Below, piece after piece: positions 1 to 9,712 of a DNA stretch of 64,000 bases. Source of the DNA: a virus. The position numbers and the translations under genes were made by a program. Position 1 is the stretch's first letter, and every line of letters starts with the position of its first letter. The stretch is from IMG/VR virus record IMGVR_UViG_3300006329_000001, positions 1-64,000 of that record; one strand, 5' to 3'. The notes beneath the pieces were generated by a model that worked only from the letters and a program-made list of their open reading frames with translations, was not told where the DNA came from and did not search any database.

Positions 1-1
1 T

Positions 2-211
2 CTTAGAACAGAATCATCACTTACATCATTTAGTTTTCTAGAACATGAAACTCAGGTGAATGATGCGAAAAGAAATATTAATGTTTTAAGACAGGAATAT
101 CTAAGTGTCTTCTTAGAGAATTTTGCAGAGATTATGGAATATAAACCATCAAATCAATTTGTGAGAGAGAACCTCAAGAAAACAGAGAATCCAAGATTAA
201 TTTCGCCATAA
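2..211 (+). CDS. gp53: 3' end of baseplate wedge protein gp53 (partial)
   Basis: My frame-2 translation LRTESS...EHETQVNDAKRNINVLRQEYL...MEYKPSNQFV...LKKTENPRLISP* resembles cyanophage gp53 C-termini; it converges on gp32 as in T4-like cyanophages. Confidence 0.7.
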   Translation, partial: LRTESSLTSFSFLEHETQVNDAKRNINVLRQEYLSVFLENFAEIMEYKPSNQFVRENLKKTENPRLISP

Positions 212-238
212 AAAAAGAGGTCACTTTGAGCGACCTCT
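210..238 (-). terminator. Rho-independent terminator downstream of gp32
   Basis: Minus strand AGAGGTCGC-TCAAA-GTGACCTCT followed by a T-run; a second hairpin CCCGAAA/TTTCGGG lies at 253-270. Confidence 0.75.
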
Positions 239-277
239 GGCGTAAAAAATGGCCCGAAATTTTTTTCGGGGTATTTT

Positions 278-1177
278 CTAATTTTCAGCTAATTTTGCAA
301 AATAGCTAAGTGCATCTTCTTCATCCTCATCTGTATTAACAGAGGATGGAGTTGTGTCAACAACAGCACGACCTTCACTTAAGTCCTCTAAGTTATTATC
401 TTCATCAATAACTTCGGGGTCTTGTCTTTTTGGTGCAACAGTGAGACCAAGAACATAATCAAGTCTCTTCTTGAGATCTTCATATGACTTGAACTGATCT
501 GGAGCAATAAGTTCTGCAAGAGAATATTCGTTCTTCCAAACTGTTTCCATTGCATCGTCATCATCTAGAAGTGGAGCAGGAGCAGCAAACTCAGATGAGT
601 CATAGTTCCAGTATCCAGCAACCTTTTTGATTTTGATTTTGAAGTTTGCACCAGCCCAGAAATCAAATGGGTTGATTGCCTGTTCATCTTCAAACTCAGG
701 TTGCATTGCAGCAGTTATCTTATCAAAGATTTTCTTTCCGTATCTAAACAAGAATACTTTACCTTCATTCGCTGGGTTTGAAGGATCTTTAACAACATAA
801 ACGTTACTGTAATAAGATAACTTACGTTTCTGTTTTCTTGCGACTTCTTTATCGGAATCAACACCTGAGTTCCAGAGTTGTGAATTATGCTCTGATACTG
901 GGTCTTTCTGACCAAGTGTTGTTAATGAGTTCTCAATATACCAACCACCAGATGCTTGGAAAGCATGAGTATAAAGTTTTGCCCAAGGCAAATCTTCTCC
1001 GTCTGGTGCAGGGAGAAATCTGATTACTGCGTAACCGTTACCTGCTTTATCTACTTCTGGTTTCCATAAACGATCATCTACACCGTTTGAACCTTTGTTC
1101 ATTTTTTCCACCTGACTAACAAGTTTTGCTGTCAGAGAACCAAGTGAGGATTGTTTTTTAAGATTAGAAAAAGACAT
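278..1177 (-). CDS. gp32: single-stranded DNA-binding protein
   Basis: DDRLWKPEVDKAGNGYAVIRFLP, WYIENSLTT, NPFDFWAGANFKIKIKKVAGYWNYDSSEF, acidic tail ending DALSYFAKLAE. Confidence 0.97.
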   Translation of the reverse strand: MSFSNLKKQSSLGSLTAKLVSQVEKMNKGSNGVDDRLWKPEVDKAGNGYAVIRFLPAPDGEDLPWAKLYTHAFQASGGWYIENSLTTLGQKDPVSEHNSQLWNSGVDSDKEVARKQKRKLSYYSNVYVVKDPSNPANEGKVFLFRYGKKIFDKITAAMQPEFEDEQAINPFDFWAGANFKIKIKKVAGYWNYDSSEFAAPAPLLDDDDAMETVWKNEYSLAELIAPDQFKSYEDLKKRLDYVLGLTVAPKRQDPEVIDEDNNLEDLSEGRAVVDTTPSSVNTDEDEEDALSYFAKLAEN

Positions 1178-1260
1178 TAGATTTTATTAGATTAATTTTT
1201 ACTTTGTGTTAGAGAGACCATCTGCCCGACTCATAGAGTTGCATCTTAGGTCAAAAAAGA

Positions 1261-1427
1261 GGGAGGTTGGATTCCTGTGTACCAACAAGAGAAGGGCATT
1301 TCTACAGTTTAGAAAAACTTCTCTGCCTGAGACCCGACTGGTAAGTCGATTCTCCTTTCGGAGCAGCACCACCTGTGTCTCATCACCTTAACCAGCTATA
1401 TGCCAGTAAGTTTATTCAGTCACTCCC
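1261..1427 (-). ncRNA. structured RNA, probably the cyanophage manA RNA motif
   Basis: GC-richer intergenic tract; 5' GGGAG pairs with 3' CUCCC; internal helices (CGACU/AGUCG, CUCC-GAAA-GGAG, GUUGG/CCAAC, GAGAC/GUCUC). The family name is from recall of the manA motif, not a covariance search. Confidence 0.7.
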
Positions 1428-1454
1428 ATGTGAAGTGGCCTTCTTCACCCTTTT

Positions 1455-1483
1455 AATATACTACCCTTCTTCTTCCTTGTCAA
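1455..1483 (-). promoter_or_regulatory. sigma70-type promoter driving the ncRNA and gp32
   Basis: TTGACA-17 nt-TATATT on the minus strand. Confidence 0.8.
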
Positions 1484-1805
1484 GCTCAAATATTAAATCT
1501 TTATATTTTCTCCATAATTCACCCACTCTCTCCTCAGTTGCACGTGACTTCCATAGTTGAGCAACGATGTCTTTCATATCATCCATTGGTACCACAACGG
1601 ACAGACTACCATGTGTCTCCACCTCTGGTGGTGCAACTAGGTCATCACCTGATAATCTATCTAACTTCCTATGCAATTCATCTATCTTATTGTCCATAAC
1701 ATAGAGTAATTCTTTTGAGGAAGCATCCCTATTGGCAGATGACCAGAAGGCTGCTATCTCTTCTTCTGGTCTAGGATTTATATCGTCTGGTATTAATGAT
1801 ATCAT
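1461..1805 (-). CDS. hypothetical protein
   Basis: 114-aa ORF coupled to mazG by an ATGA overlap. Confidence 0.75.
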   Translation of the reverse strand: MISLIPDDINPRPEEEIAAFWSSANRDASSKELLYVMDNKIDELHRKLDRLSGDDLVAPPEVETHGSLSVVVPMDDMKDIVAQLWKSRATEERVGELWRKYKDLIFELDKEEEG

Positions 1806-2455
1806 ATGTCCCCTGGTGCTCTATTCTCTGAGTATCCTACCTCAAACATTTGATTAGGATAACGTGCTGCTAACTTAAGAGTATTAGTATAGATAACCTC
1901 ATCTAATCTAAGGTCTAATGCTAGTGCTGCCTGTGCAACGTACCACATGATGTCACCCAACTCTTTCTCTAAGTGCTCTTTGTTTGCTCTGTTATATGGT
2001 TTGCCTTGAAACTTTAACTTCTTAACTATCTCCATAAACTCACCTGCTTCAGAGCACATACCTGATGCAGCAGTGTCTAGACGAGAGATGTTACACTTAG
2101 CATCATGTAACTCTTTGTATCTGTCTATTAAGTCAGGGAAATTCTTACTAGCCTTTGATGTAACTCTATCTACAAATGCCATGTAGTTATCTAAGTCAAT
2201 CTCAAACTTCTCTTTCTTACCACCTTTCTCTTTTGATTTCTTTTTCTTATCTTGTAGTACTTTACGAGCAGCAGGAGCACTACCCATACGCTCGTCAGTA
2301 TCATAGTCATCAGCACTCTTTGGTGCATCATCAGCCATCTTTTTGGCTTGGTCTTTATTAGAGTCTACTTTATCTTGACTAGCATTCGACAACTCTTCAG
2401 CAGCTTTATCCTGTTCTGGATCAGAAGGTGCTTGGTTGGTTAAATTCTCTGCCAT
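1802..2455 (-). CDS. mazG: MazG nucleoside triphosphate pyrophosphohydrolase with N-terminal charged extension
   Basis: SEAGEFMEIVKK...EKELGDIMWYVAQA...N..KL..RYP MazG motifs; typical position after gp41. Confidence 0.93.
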   Translation of the reverse strand: MAENLTNQAPSDPEQDKAAEELSNASQDKVDSNKDQAKKMADDAPKSADDYDTDERMGSAPAARKVLQDKKKKSKEKGGKKEKFEIDLDNYMAFVDRVTSKASKNFPDLIDRYKELHDAKCNISRLDTAASGMCSEAGEFMEIVKKLKFQGKPYNRANKEHLEKELGDIMWYVAQAALALDLRLDEVIYTNTLKLAARYPNQMFEVGYSENRAPGDI

Positions 2456-3825
2456 TATACTTTAAATCCCTCGAATTGTTTCTTAGTATCTGTTGTTGGT
2501 TCGATATCACCTGCGTCAATGATATCATCTTGTGCACTTTGCTCACAATCATACAGCCTCATCTTCGCTCTGTCAATACCCACAACGAATCTCTTATACA
2601 TTGTAGGATCATTATAGCGATTCTTCAACTGCTTGACCATTATTTGTCCGAGTTGTTCCATATCTTCTGTACTAATGAGAGCAAGCATAAGGTCAGCAGT
2701 GGCGGGAAGACCGAATGACTCAGAGGTATCAGTAAGATCGACATCACTGTTAGCAAACCCACTACGAGTTGTTTGGGTTGCGGATACGATTGGAACATTA
2801 AACTCCACTGCCAATCCCCTGAGTTCTTCTGCAATCGCTTTGACATAAGTGTAACTATTAACTATAGTCCCTTTATATCTAGCAGAAGCACATATATTTA
2901 AGTAGTCTATGAATATAATATCAGGACTAAATCCTTTCTTCATGGACAACTCATTTAAGAGTGCCTTGAAGTGACCCACATGTGCTGATGCTGTGGGATA
3001 CTCCTTAATGATTAGTTTACCTTGAGTCTTCTTCTTTAATTGAAGCAACTTGGAGGAGTATTTTTCTTTTGTGAGGAGTGGGTCGTTGAGTGATTGGATT
3101 GGGATGTCCAAGAGGTTGGCATCAACTCGCTCTGCAATTTTCTCCTCTGCCATCTCCATTGTAATGTAGAGAACGTTCCTCCCTTGGAGCAACACGGAGC
3201 TAGCAACATGGCACATGAATAAAGACTTCCCGACACCTGTACCAGCAAGTGCGATGTTAAGAGTCTTATTAGGTAAACCACCTTTGGTAATTTTGTTAAG
3301 ATACTCAAGATCAAATGGTATCTTCTCTTCCTTCTTGTGATAGAAGTCATATCTTTCGTCAGAGTCCTGTATGTAATCGTGTCCTACATGATCATCAAAA
3401 CACACACCAAGGGCTTCAGACATGATAGATGGTATCGCATCTTTGGTACGTGTCTTGTCTTGTCCGTCAGCTATTTTGACAGACTCCATTAGAGCAAGAT
3501 AAATTGCTCTTTCTTTACACCACTTCTCAGTGGTTTCGACAAGCCAGTCCTCGTTATACGCTTCCCTATCTAAATTATTAAGAAACTGCTCGACCTCCTG
3601 ATATATTTCCTCGGAGATGTCCCGACGTTTCTCTACTTCTATCTTTAGGGCATTTGGTTCGGGGGTAGCCTCAAATTTATTTACATAATCTGATAAGGCA
3701 TTAAACAATACCTTATGAGTATGAGTATCAAAGTACTCATCCTTTATAAATGGTAAGACCTTCCTAGTATATGTCTCATTAAATATGAGATTACTTAAGG
3801 TGATCTCTTCTATCTTTAAACTCAT
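2455..3825 (-). CDS. gp41: replicative DNA helicase
   Basis: Walker A AGTGVGKS, IFIDYLNIC, SATQTTR, SESFGLPATAD, QLKNRY. Confidence 0.97.
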   Translation of the reverse strand: MSLKIEEITLSNLIFNETYTRKVLPFIKDEYFDTHTHKVLFNALSDYVNKFEATPEPNALKIEVEKRRDISEEIYQEVEQFLNNLDREAYNEDWLVETTEKWCKERAIYLALMESVKIADGQDKTRTKDAIPSIMSEALGVCFDDHVGHDYIQDSDERYDFYHKKEEKIPFDLEYLNKITKGGLPNKTLNIALAGTGVGKSLFMCHVASSVLLQGRNVLYITMEMAEEKIAERVDANLLDIPIQSLNDPLLTKEKYSSKLLQLKKKTQGKLIIKEYPTASAHVGHFKALLNELSMKKGFSPDIIFIDYLNICASARYKGTIVNSYTYVKAIAEELRGLAVEFNVPIVSATQTTRSGFANSDVDLTDTSESFGLPATADLMLALISTEDMEQLGQIMVKQLKNRYNDPTMYKRFVVGIDRAKMRLYDCEQSAQDDIIDAGDIEPTTDTKKQFEGFKV

Positions 3826-4388
3826 GTATAATGTAAGTAGGTTATAAGAGAATACTTATCCTGCTCTTTCGGTGCTCTATATGAATGAGCAAACGTCCAT
3901 GTCGCAGGGAACATTACTATTCTACCACGTTTTGCAGGGATAGCATAGTCAATATCATCAAAGTGTATGTCTCCATCCTCAAAGTCATCGTTTAAAAACA
4001 TGTGATAGGTAACAAAGCGTCTAGCAGATGCATAGTCACCAACATCTATGTGACGATTGAAGTGGTCAGCAGTCCTGTGCTGAAACTTCATCATCTTAAC
4101 TTGCTCTAGTGAGTTTTGTCTAGGCCAGTAACGTTCACAATCCAAATCTTTCATATACTTCTCACCACATGACTTGATGGCAAGTAAGCACTGTTGATGT
4201 ACAGGATTAAACTTTACATTCTGATTCTTTTCTACTTCCTCTGTGACATTTAACATAGAGAAACCACACAAATCAGTATCCTGACGAGTTATCTTATCAA
4301 TCTCGTTATCGAATAAGTCGATAGCATTCTTGCAAAAGTTTGCATCGAGAACATCATCATAGGTGATGATATAATCTTTAAGATCCAT
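3822..4388 (-). CDS. 2OG-Fe(II) oxygenase (prolyl-hydroxylase-like)
   Basis: HxD (RHIDVGD), [28 protein letters not shown]; start moved to MDLKDY. Confidence 0.85.
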   Translation of the reverse strand: MDLKDYIITYDDVLDANFCKNAIDLFDNEIDKITRQDTDLCGFSMLNVTEEVEKNQNVKFNPVHQQCLLAIKSCGEKYMKDLDCERYWPRQNSLEQVKMMKFQHRTADHFNRHIDVGDYASARRFVTYHMFLNDDFEDGDIHFDDIDYAIPAKRGRIVMFPATWTFAHSYRAPKEQDKYSLITYLHYT

Positions 4389-5385
4389 ATGAAAACTCCT
4401 TCTGAGCACACTCATCTAGTGCTTGTAAAATTTCTGACGAGAAGTATTTATCTGGGTCTTTATATACAACGGATGGGTATACCGATTCACCATTGATGAC
4501 TATTCGATTACCTTTACGCTCGAAGACTCCATACTTCTCTCCTAATTCTATCAAACCATAGTAACGATCCAATCCTCTTTCATCATAATATAAACGGATC
4601 GCAACGAGAGCATTCTCTTTAGCAAGTCGAGACTTAGCAAGTTTTGCTTTAATAATATTACCGATAACCTCTTTACCATCCTTCTCCTTAGACTTACTAA
4701 GGTAGATGATATTAGTTGCAGCATATTTTAAACCACTACCTCCACCCATCTCTTTAGTAGGTACATAAGCACCCACCACATCATATGTATGGTTGGTAAC
4801 TATTAAAGGAACATTTGCTTTACCTAGTTTGAGGGTTAGCACACGGAAGATAGATTTAACTACCTGTGCCCTTGTCATATCTCTTGTTTCTTTACCTGCT
4901 TCACTGTCTTCCATCTCCTTAGAAGTGGATAGCATACCTAGTGAATCAAGTACCATCATCATAGGAGGTTGATTCTTATCCTTCATATAAGTATCAAGAA
5001 TCTTAATTGCTTGTGTCCGAAACTCCTGCACTGTAGTGACAGGTACTATAATCATACGCTTGGAATCAATATTCCTAGACTCGATCATATCTTTACTTAA
5101 TGCACTCTCAGACTCAAAGTAAATAACCCCACCATCAGGATTAGATTCGAGGAAATGACGTACGATACCAAGACAGAAAAACGTCTTTCCTGTACTTGAT
5201 TCACCTGCAATAGCAGTGATTTTGTTTCCTGGAACCCCTTTGTAGATTGAACCTGAGACAAGTCCGTTAAAGATGTACGAGCCCGTATCGATAAACGAAC
5301 CAGTATCACCAGCTGCAACACCATCAGCAACGATAGTAGCATATTCATTATCTATTTCCTTTACTATATCCTTTAAAAAACTCAC
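4378..5385 (-). CDS. uvsX: RecA-like recombinase
   Basis: [28 protein letters not shown]; GTG start (MSFLKDIV) in a GTGA overlap with the gp43 stop. Confidence 0.95.
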   Translation of the reverse strand: MSFLKDIVKEIDNEYATIVADGVAAGDTGSFIDTGSYIFNGLVSGSIYKGVPGNKITAIAGESSTGKTFFCLGIVRHFLESNPDGGVIYFESESALSKDMIESRNIDSKRMIIVPVTTVQEFRTQAIKILDTYMKDKNQPPMMMVLDSLGMLSTSKEMEDSEAGKETRDMTRAQVVKSIFRVLTLKLGKANVPLIVTNHTYDVVGAYVPTKEMGGGSGLKYAATNIIYLSKSKEKDGKEVIGNIIKAKLAKSRLAKENALVAIRLYYDERGLDRYYGLIELGEKYGVFERKGNRIVINGESVYPSVVYKDPDKYFSSEILQALDECAQKEFSYGS

Positions 5386-7871
5386 GACCAAAGTGCCTCT
5401 AATGTATTCATTTTCTCTGCCTTCCACCCTATGCAATCAAGTATAGCCTGTAAGGGTGCAAGAAAACTCTTCTCAAATTGTAGGTCATAATCAATAGAAT
5501 TGTCAAGCCCAAATTCTGATGGAAGAGTCTGGAAGAATGAGATTATATTCTCATTAATCTTATTTGGGGTGCGAAGATGTAAGTATTTAATCTTCTCACC
5601 CTCTTGTATGATGGGATACTTGTGCTGTAGTTTCTTCTTCTTGATGTGATAATTATACATCAATGCACCACGCACATGCATCGGACACCCCTTACCATAT
5701 ATGGTAGCAGTGGATGTATTCTTTGCAATATTATTACAACCACGAGGGAATGCTACCTCTTCTGGTGACATCTTCTCAAACTTATCACGGAAGTCCTTGA
5801 TATATTTCTGAGTATCAGTCTCACTACCTGTCATTATAACATTAAGTGCTTCCTTAATAGCATTACGACATGGCATAGGTGTAGATGACTTCACTGCTTC
5901 GATACCCATCATCTTTAGTTTAGGTTTCTCATACTGGACACCCTCACTATTCCATACGTTTAAAATATATCTCTTCTTCGCTGTCCATATACCTTTGTTG
6001 GCAATGTTTTCTCTCTTCATTACCATCTTCTGCTCATAAGCATTTACAACGGTTGCCATTTCTTCATAAGCACCCTCAATATAGCGATCAAGTTCCACAT
6101 CACACACCTTTTTAAGGAACCTAAGTGTACTCTGATCGTCCTTCTCTCCACTGGGGAATACAGCTTGTACCAGAGGACCAAGATTAAGGTAAATACTATC
6201 AGTGTCACTAGCAATAACATAATCAGTCTCCTCTGTTTTTAATACTTTGTTTAAATAATTGTTTACTTTGTTTTCAATCCATCGGATTGCTACTTGTCCA
6301 GACAATGTGATCGCTTCAGCGTTCGCAAGATTGTAATATCTGAAGTATTGGTTACCGATAGCACCATAGGCAGAGTTAAGTTGTATCTTTCTTGCCATCT
6401 GGATGTTGTTGAACTTGGCGATGTCTCGCTTGAGTTGTGCTGTTGGTTTCTTTTCATACTCACTCTTTGCCTTAAGCATTTTCTTCTTATAGATTGTCCT
6501 CTCATCGTAGATGCGTTGCATCATCTCAGGTAAGAATCCGTGGATGTCCTTGCGGTATTGGGCTCCGTTGGCACACACTGCAAAGTCTTCATCGATCCGA
6601 ACGTCTCCACTGAGCATTCTCTCAACGGTGGCGGTAGGGTGTCTTCGCTCGACGAGGGTTTCGGGGGAGATGTTGTACTGCATGATAAGGTGAGGGTATA
6701 GACTGTTAAGGTCAAAACTGACCACCCAATCATAGATGCCAGGCTTCGGCTCTTTGACGTATGCTCCTGCGTATTTGTCATCTTTTCTAGTTGAACTCCT
6801 TGGTGGTACTACAATATTTCTTTTACTAAGGTCATTATATATGAGAGTGTCCCATACTTTAACCTGAGAATACACATCCTCAAAGTTAACCTTGGCATCG
6901 TATGCCATAGCAACACACAACTCCACCAGTTTCATCTTGTCTTCCAGTTGGTCAACAAGTTCAACGTCATGGATGTTATACTCTACAAACCTATCCCAAT
7001 CATTAGTATAGAAGTCTTTAAAGTTTTCATACTGAGAGTGATCTAACTTCTTATCATCTAACTCAACCATTGCAATGTGGTCTAGTCTATATGACTCTTG
7101 GTTTGTATAAGTAAACTTCTTATAGAGGTCAAGGTAGTCAAGAATACTAACACCAGTAAGATCATAAGCAATGTTCCTACGTCCTTGAATGACAATCTCC
7201 CTGTCATGTACCCTTTTCCAAGGAGACAGAGATTTCTTCCACTTCTCACCTAGTATCCTCTCTACTCTACGACAGATATAAGGGATATCATATAAGTTAC
7301 AGTTCCATCCTGTAATAATGTCAGGGGTATTCTTTGCCCACCACTCAACAAAGTCTGCAAGCATCTTATCTTCCGACCAGAATACTCTATACTCATGCTG
7401 AGATTGAAACTCTCGTGTACCCCACGTGATTATCTTCTTAGTATTGAAATCCTTTATAGTAATGCATAGCATCTGCTCTGCACATGCTTCTACATCAGGG
7501 AATCCATTCTCACATGCAACCTCAATGTCAATCGTATAGATTTTCATCTTGGTCATATCATAATCTATGTCACTAGGATATTTCTCAGCGATATGCTGAT
7601 ACAAATACCTCTCATAACCATGGACTTCCATACCCGCAGCATCTTCATACTGCCTAAGAAACTCTCTTGCTTCTCTAGCACCATCAAACTTCTTTGGGTA
7701 TGCTTTCCTACCATCTAAAGTCTTATACTTAGATGGTTTCTTTTGTGCATCTGGTACCAGATACAATGTTGGTTGTGACTTCTCTCTGTATTGTACAGGT
7801 TGTCCATTCTCATACCCACGGTAGAGAATATCATTTCCTAATAGACATAAATTTGTATAGAAATCACTCAT
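5382..7871 (-). CDS. gp43: family B DNA polymerase
   Basis: Exo [35 protein letters not shown]; no intein-sized insert. Confidence 0.98.
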   Translation of the reverse strand: MSDFYTNLCLLGNDILYRGYENGQPVQYREKSQPTLYLVPDAQKKPSKYKTLDGRKAYPKKFDGAREAREFLRQYEDAAGMEVHGYERYLYQHIAEKYPSDIDYDMTKMKIYTIDIEVACENGFPDVEACAEQMLCITIKDFNTKKIITWGTREFQSQHEYRVFWSEDKMLADFVEWWAKNTPDIITGWNCNLYDIPYICRRVERILGEKWKKSLSPWKRVHDREIVIQGRRNIAYDLTGVSILDYLDLYKKFTYTNQESYRLDHIAMVELDDKKLDHSQYENFKDFYTNDWDRFVEYNIHDVELVDQLEDKMKLVELCVAMAYDAKVNFEDVYSQVKVWDTLIYNDLSKRNIVVPPRSSTRKDDKYAGAYVKEPKPGIYDWVVSFDLNSLYPHLIMQYNISPETLVERRHPTATVERMLSGDVRIDEDFAVCANGAQYRKDIHGFLPEMMQRIYDERTIYKKKMLKAKSEYEKKPTAQLKRDIAKFNNIQMARKIQLNSAYGAIGNQYFRYYNLANAEAITLSGQVAIRWIENKVNNYLNKVLKTEETDYVIASDTDSIYLNLGPLVQAVFPSGEKDDQSTLRFLKKVCDVELDRYIEGAYEEMATVVNAYEQKMVMKRENIANKGIWTAKKRYILNVWNSEGVQYEKPKLKMMGIEAVKSSTPMPCRNAIKEALNVIMTGSETDTQKYIKDFRDKFEKMSPEEVAFPRGCNNIAKNTSTATIYGKGCPMHVRGALMYNYHIKKKKLQHKYPIIQEGEKIKYLHLRTPNKINENIISFFQTLPSEFGLDNSIDYDLQFEKSFLAPLQAILDCIGWKAEKMNTLEALWS

Positions 7872-8121
7872 TAATTTCAGAACCTACTGCTTCTCCATAT
7901 TTCTCTGCAACAACAGCAGAGGGATCCAGTATAGTCAAGACCTGGTCAGATGTCAAGAACAAATCTCGTTGGTCTGTATGTAATGGAAATGTATCCAACA
8001 CACCTTCAGGTCCAACAGAATAACAATTCTCAATCAGTAGACTCGGTTCCTCGTCCAGTTCCGTTATCTTCCCCAACAAATACAGCTGTGGGCGGTGTTT
8101 GAGTATGATCAACTTTAGCAT
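7864..8121 (-). CDS. conserved hypothetical protein upstream of gp43
   Basis: 85-aa small beta-rich ORF in operon context. Confidence 0.7.
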   Translation of the reverse strand: MLKLIILKHRPQLYLLGKITELDEEPSLLIENCYSVGPEGVLDTFPLHTDQRDLFLTSDQVLTILDPSAVVAEKYGEAVGSEINE

Positions 8122-8464
8122 CGTCTTTCTTTATCTCTTTATATTTTTTTATTGCCTGTTGCCATCCGTCAACGACGTTGGAATGTGGCTCTGAAATTGC
8201 CACTACTGAATATAGTGTAACAATATTTCTTCCAGTTGACAATGGTGACCACGGAAAGAATTCTAATTCTATATTACCAAGAGACTCCATGTCAACTTTA
8301 TCACCCTCTTGAAACATATCTTCAACTTGTCTCAAGATTGTCACGGTGAATGCATCAATGAATTCATATGCTATAGCAGTTTTACCTGTAGCATCAGGAC
8401 GTATCTCCTTGATATCAGCTATTACGTCCTCTCCGTTTTGCATTCTTGCGACTCTTACTGACAT
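8030..8464 (-). CDS. conserved hypothetical protein (Sm-like fold suspected)
   Basis: MQNGEDVIADIKE...FPWSPLS motif typical of the cyanophage gene preceding gp43. Confidence 0.75.
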   Translation of the reverse strand: MSVRVARMQNGEDVIADIKEIRPDATGKTAIAYEFIDAFTVTILRQVEDMFQEGDKVDMESLGNIELEFFPWSPLSTGRNIVTLYSVVAISEPHSNVVDGWQQAIKKYKEIKKDDAKVDHTQTPPTAVFVGEDNGTGRGTESTD

Positions 8465-8675
8465 ATCCTTGACCCTCCATTAAATTATAGTAAGTACCTC
8501 TAACTAAATCACCGAATGCTTTCCTAGCAGACACGTTTCGTTGGTCAGAAAGCATATGCACCATCTGCATAAACTCTTCTGATAACTCTGGCGGTAGGTC
8601 TAACGTCAGTGTATCTTTCTTTTCATTGGACTCTGGACATATATTAACATACATGTTCATAATAATCAACTCCAT
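8415..8675 (-). CDS. hypothetical protein
   Basis: ORF in operon context; start uncertain. Confidence 0.6.
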   Translation of the reverse strand: MELIIMNMYVNICPESNEKKDTLTLDLPPELSEEFMQMVHMLSDQRNVSARKAFGDLVRGTYYNLMEGQGYVSKSRKNAKRRGRNS

Positions 8676-8676
8676 A

Positions 8677-8703
8677 TAAAAAGAGACCTCTGAAGGTCTC
8701 TTT
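8677..8703 (-). terminator. Rho-independent terminator
   Basis: AAAGAGACCT-TCAG-AGGTCTCTTT plus T-run on the minus strand. Confidence 0.8.
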
Positions 8704-8725
8704 GGTTGTTAAATTATATAGGTGT

Positions 8726-8947
8726 CTAAACATCACCTGTTACTTTACCACTCGGTACCTTAGCAGGAGGATCTAATTGAATAGTTCCTGTATAAGATTG
8801 ATGTGCATGCTCTAACAAATGATCTAACTTAGCGTTAATCTCATCTAGTTTTTCCTCTATGCTTGTGTCTGGGACATATGCAAGAGGGTCATTAGCATAC
8901 TCTGGTGGTGTTATTATCGGGTCACTCATTAGTAATACCTGTTCCAT
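8726..8947 (-). CDS. hypothetical protein with short coiled coil
   Basis: IEEKLDEINAKLDHLL heptads; late-type ACTAAATA box at 8955-8962. Confidence 0.65.
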   Translation of the reverse strand: MEQVLLMSDPIITPPEYANDPLAYVPDTSIEEKLDEINAKLDHLLEHAHQSYTGTIQLDPPAKVPSGKVTGDV

Positions 8948-8957
8948 TGTATATTAT

Positions 8958-9137
8958 TTAGTAATCATCATTTGTCTGTGACTCTACCCACTCAGCATTG
9001 TTTCGACAGTATGCATCAGCATCTATCTCCATCCTCCAGTGGGTGAGGGTATGAAGGGTCTGTATCATGACCATCATACCCAGTATCAGCACAGGTCCTA
9101 TCCATAAGGGGTGCATCACGACATCTTCTGTCTTCAT
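8958..9137 (-). CDS. small membrane protein (59 aa, not in ORF track)
   Basis: MKTEDVVMHPLWIGPVLILGMMVMIQTLHTLTHWRMEIDADAYCRNNAEWVESQTNDDY; ATGA-coupled to the hsp20 stop. Confidence 0.7.
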   Translation of the reverse strand: MKTEDVVMHPLWIGPVLILGMMVMIQTLHTLTHWRMEIDADAYCRNNAEWVESQTNDDY

Positions 9138-9565
9138 GTTAGGTAGTCCTTACGAGCATGATGCTCAGGTACTATCTTACCTAACTTGATAACGAGGAGT
9201 CCGTTGTCGAAGGCAACGTCTGTGACGTGGGTGTCTTCTGCGATTGTCCACGACCTCTTGAAAGTTCGCTTAGCCAATCCCCTGTGGATAAACGTCTCTT
9301 CCTCATCTGGTTCAGATTTGGTTCCTTCGATATGAAGTTTTCCATACTCTGTGAAGACATTGACTTCCTCCTTTGTGAAACCTGCTAGTGCTACTTCTAA
9401 TCTAGACTCGTGATTGTTTATGTGAACAATATTAAAGGGTGGATAGTTCGAAGTTTCCATAGCGTTGAAACTCTCGAAGTAATCATCCAGCCCTAGCGAG
9501 TTAGTAAAAATCTTATCCATCAACTGATTCAAATCAGCTGCACGGTATCTCTGTATCTTAGACAT
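9134..9565 (-). CDS. hsp20: small heat-shock protein
   Basis: NYPPFNI, LEVALAGF, HRGLAKRTFKRSWT, FDNGLLVI, VPEHH; strong SD AAAGGAGG. Confidence 0.95.
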   Translation of the reverse strand: MSKIQRYRAADLNQLMDKIFTNSLGLDDYFESFNAMETSNYPPFNIVHINNHESRLEVALAGFTKEEVNVFTEYGKLHIEGTKSEPDEEETFIHRGLAKRTFKRSWTIAEDTHVTDVAFDNGLLVIKLGKIVPEHHARKDYLT

Positions 9566-9598
9566 AATAGTCCTCCTTTAGTAAGCGAGTGTTAATTG

Positions 9599-9628
9599 GT
9601 GTCCCCGAAGGCGACACTATTATTTATA
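9599..9628 (-). promoter_or_regulatory. T4-type late promoter and leader hairpin of hsp20
   Basis: TATAAATA at 9621-9628 followed by GTGTC-GCCTTCGGG-GACAC stem-loop. Confidence 0.75.
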
Positions 9629-9692
9629 ACACATACTCGGCCATTGTCAGTAGGGGTATCCGAAATAGTACATTTGTTACAATACTTTATTT

Positions 9693-9712
9693 GCTAAATA
9701 GAAGTACTTCTA
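9693..9712 (+). promoter_or_regulatory. late-type promoter of the plus-strand operon with overlapping 14-bp palindrome
   Basis: GCTAAATA at 9693-9700; TAGAAGTACTTCTA at 9699-9712; AGGA SD before the ATG at 9723. Confidence 0.55.

Noticed and set aside
1206-1560. Plus-strand ORFs 1206-1391 and 1375-1560
   Set aside because: They are antisense to the structured RNA, its promoter and a real gene, and have no protein-like features
5382-7871. Intein, intron or homing endonuclease in gp43 (also checked gp41, gp17, gp20, uvsW)
   Set aside because: Lengths and motif spacing are normal and the frames are uninterrupted
9668-9680. Possible NtcA site GTACATTTGTTAC between the divergent promoters
   Set aside because: Spacing is GTA-N7-TAC, not the canonical N8
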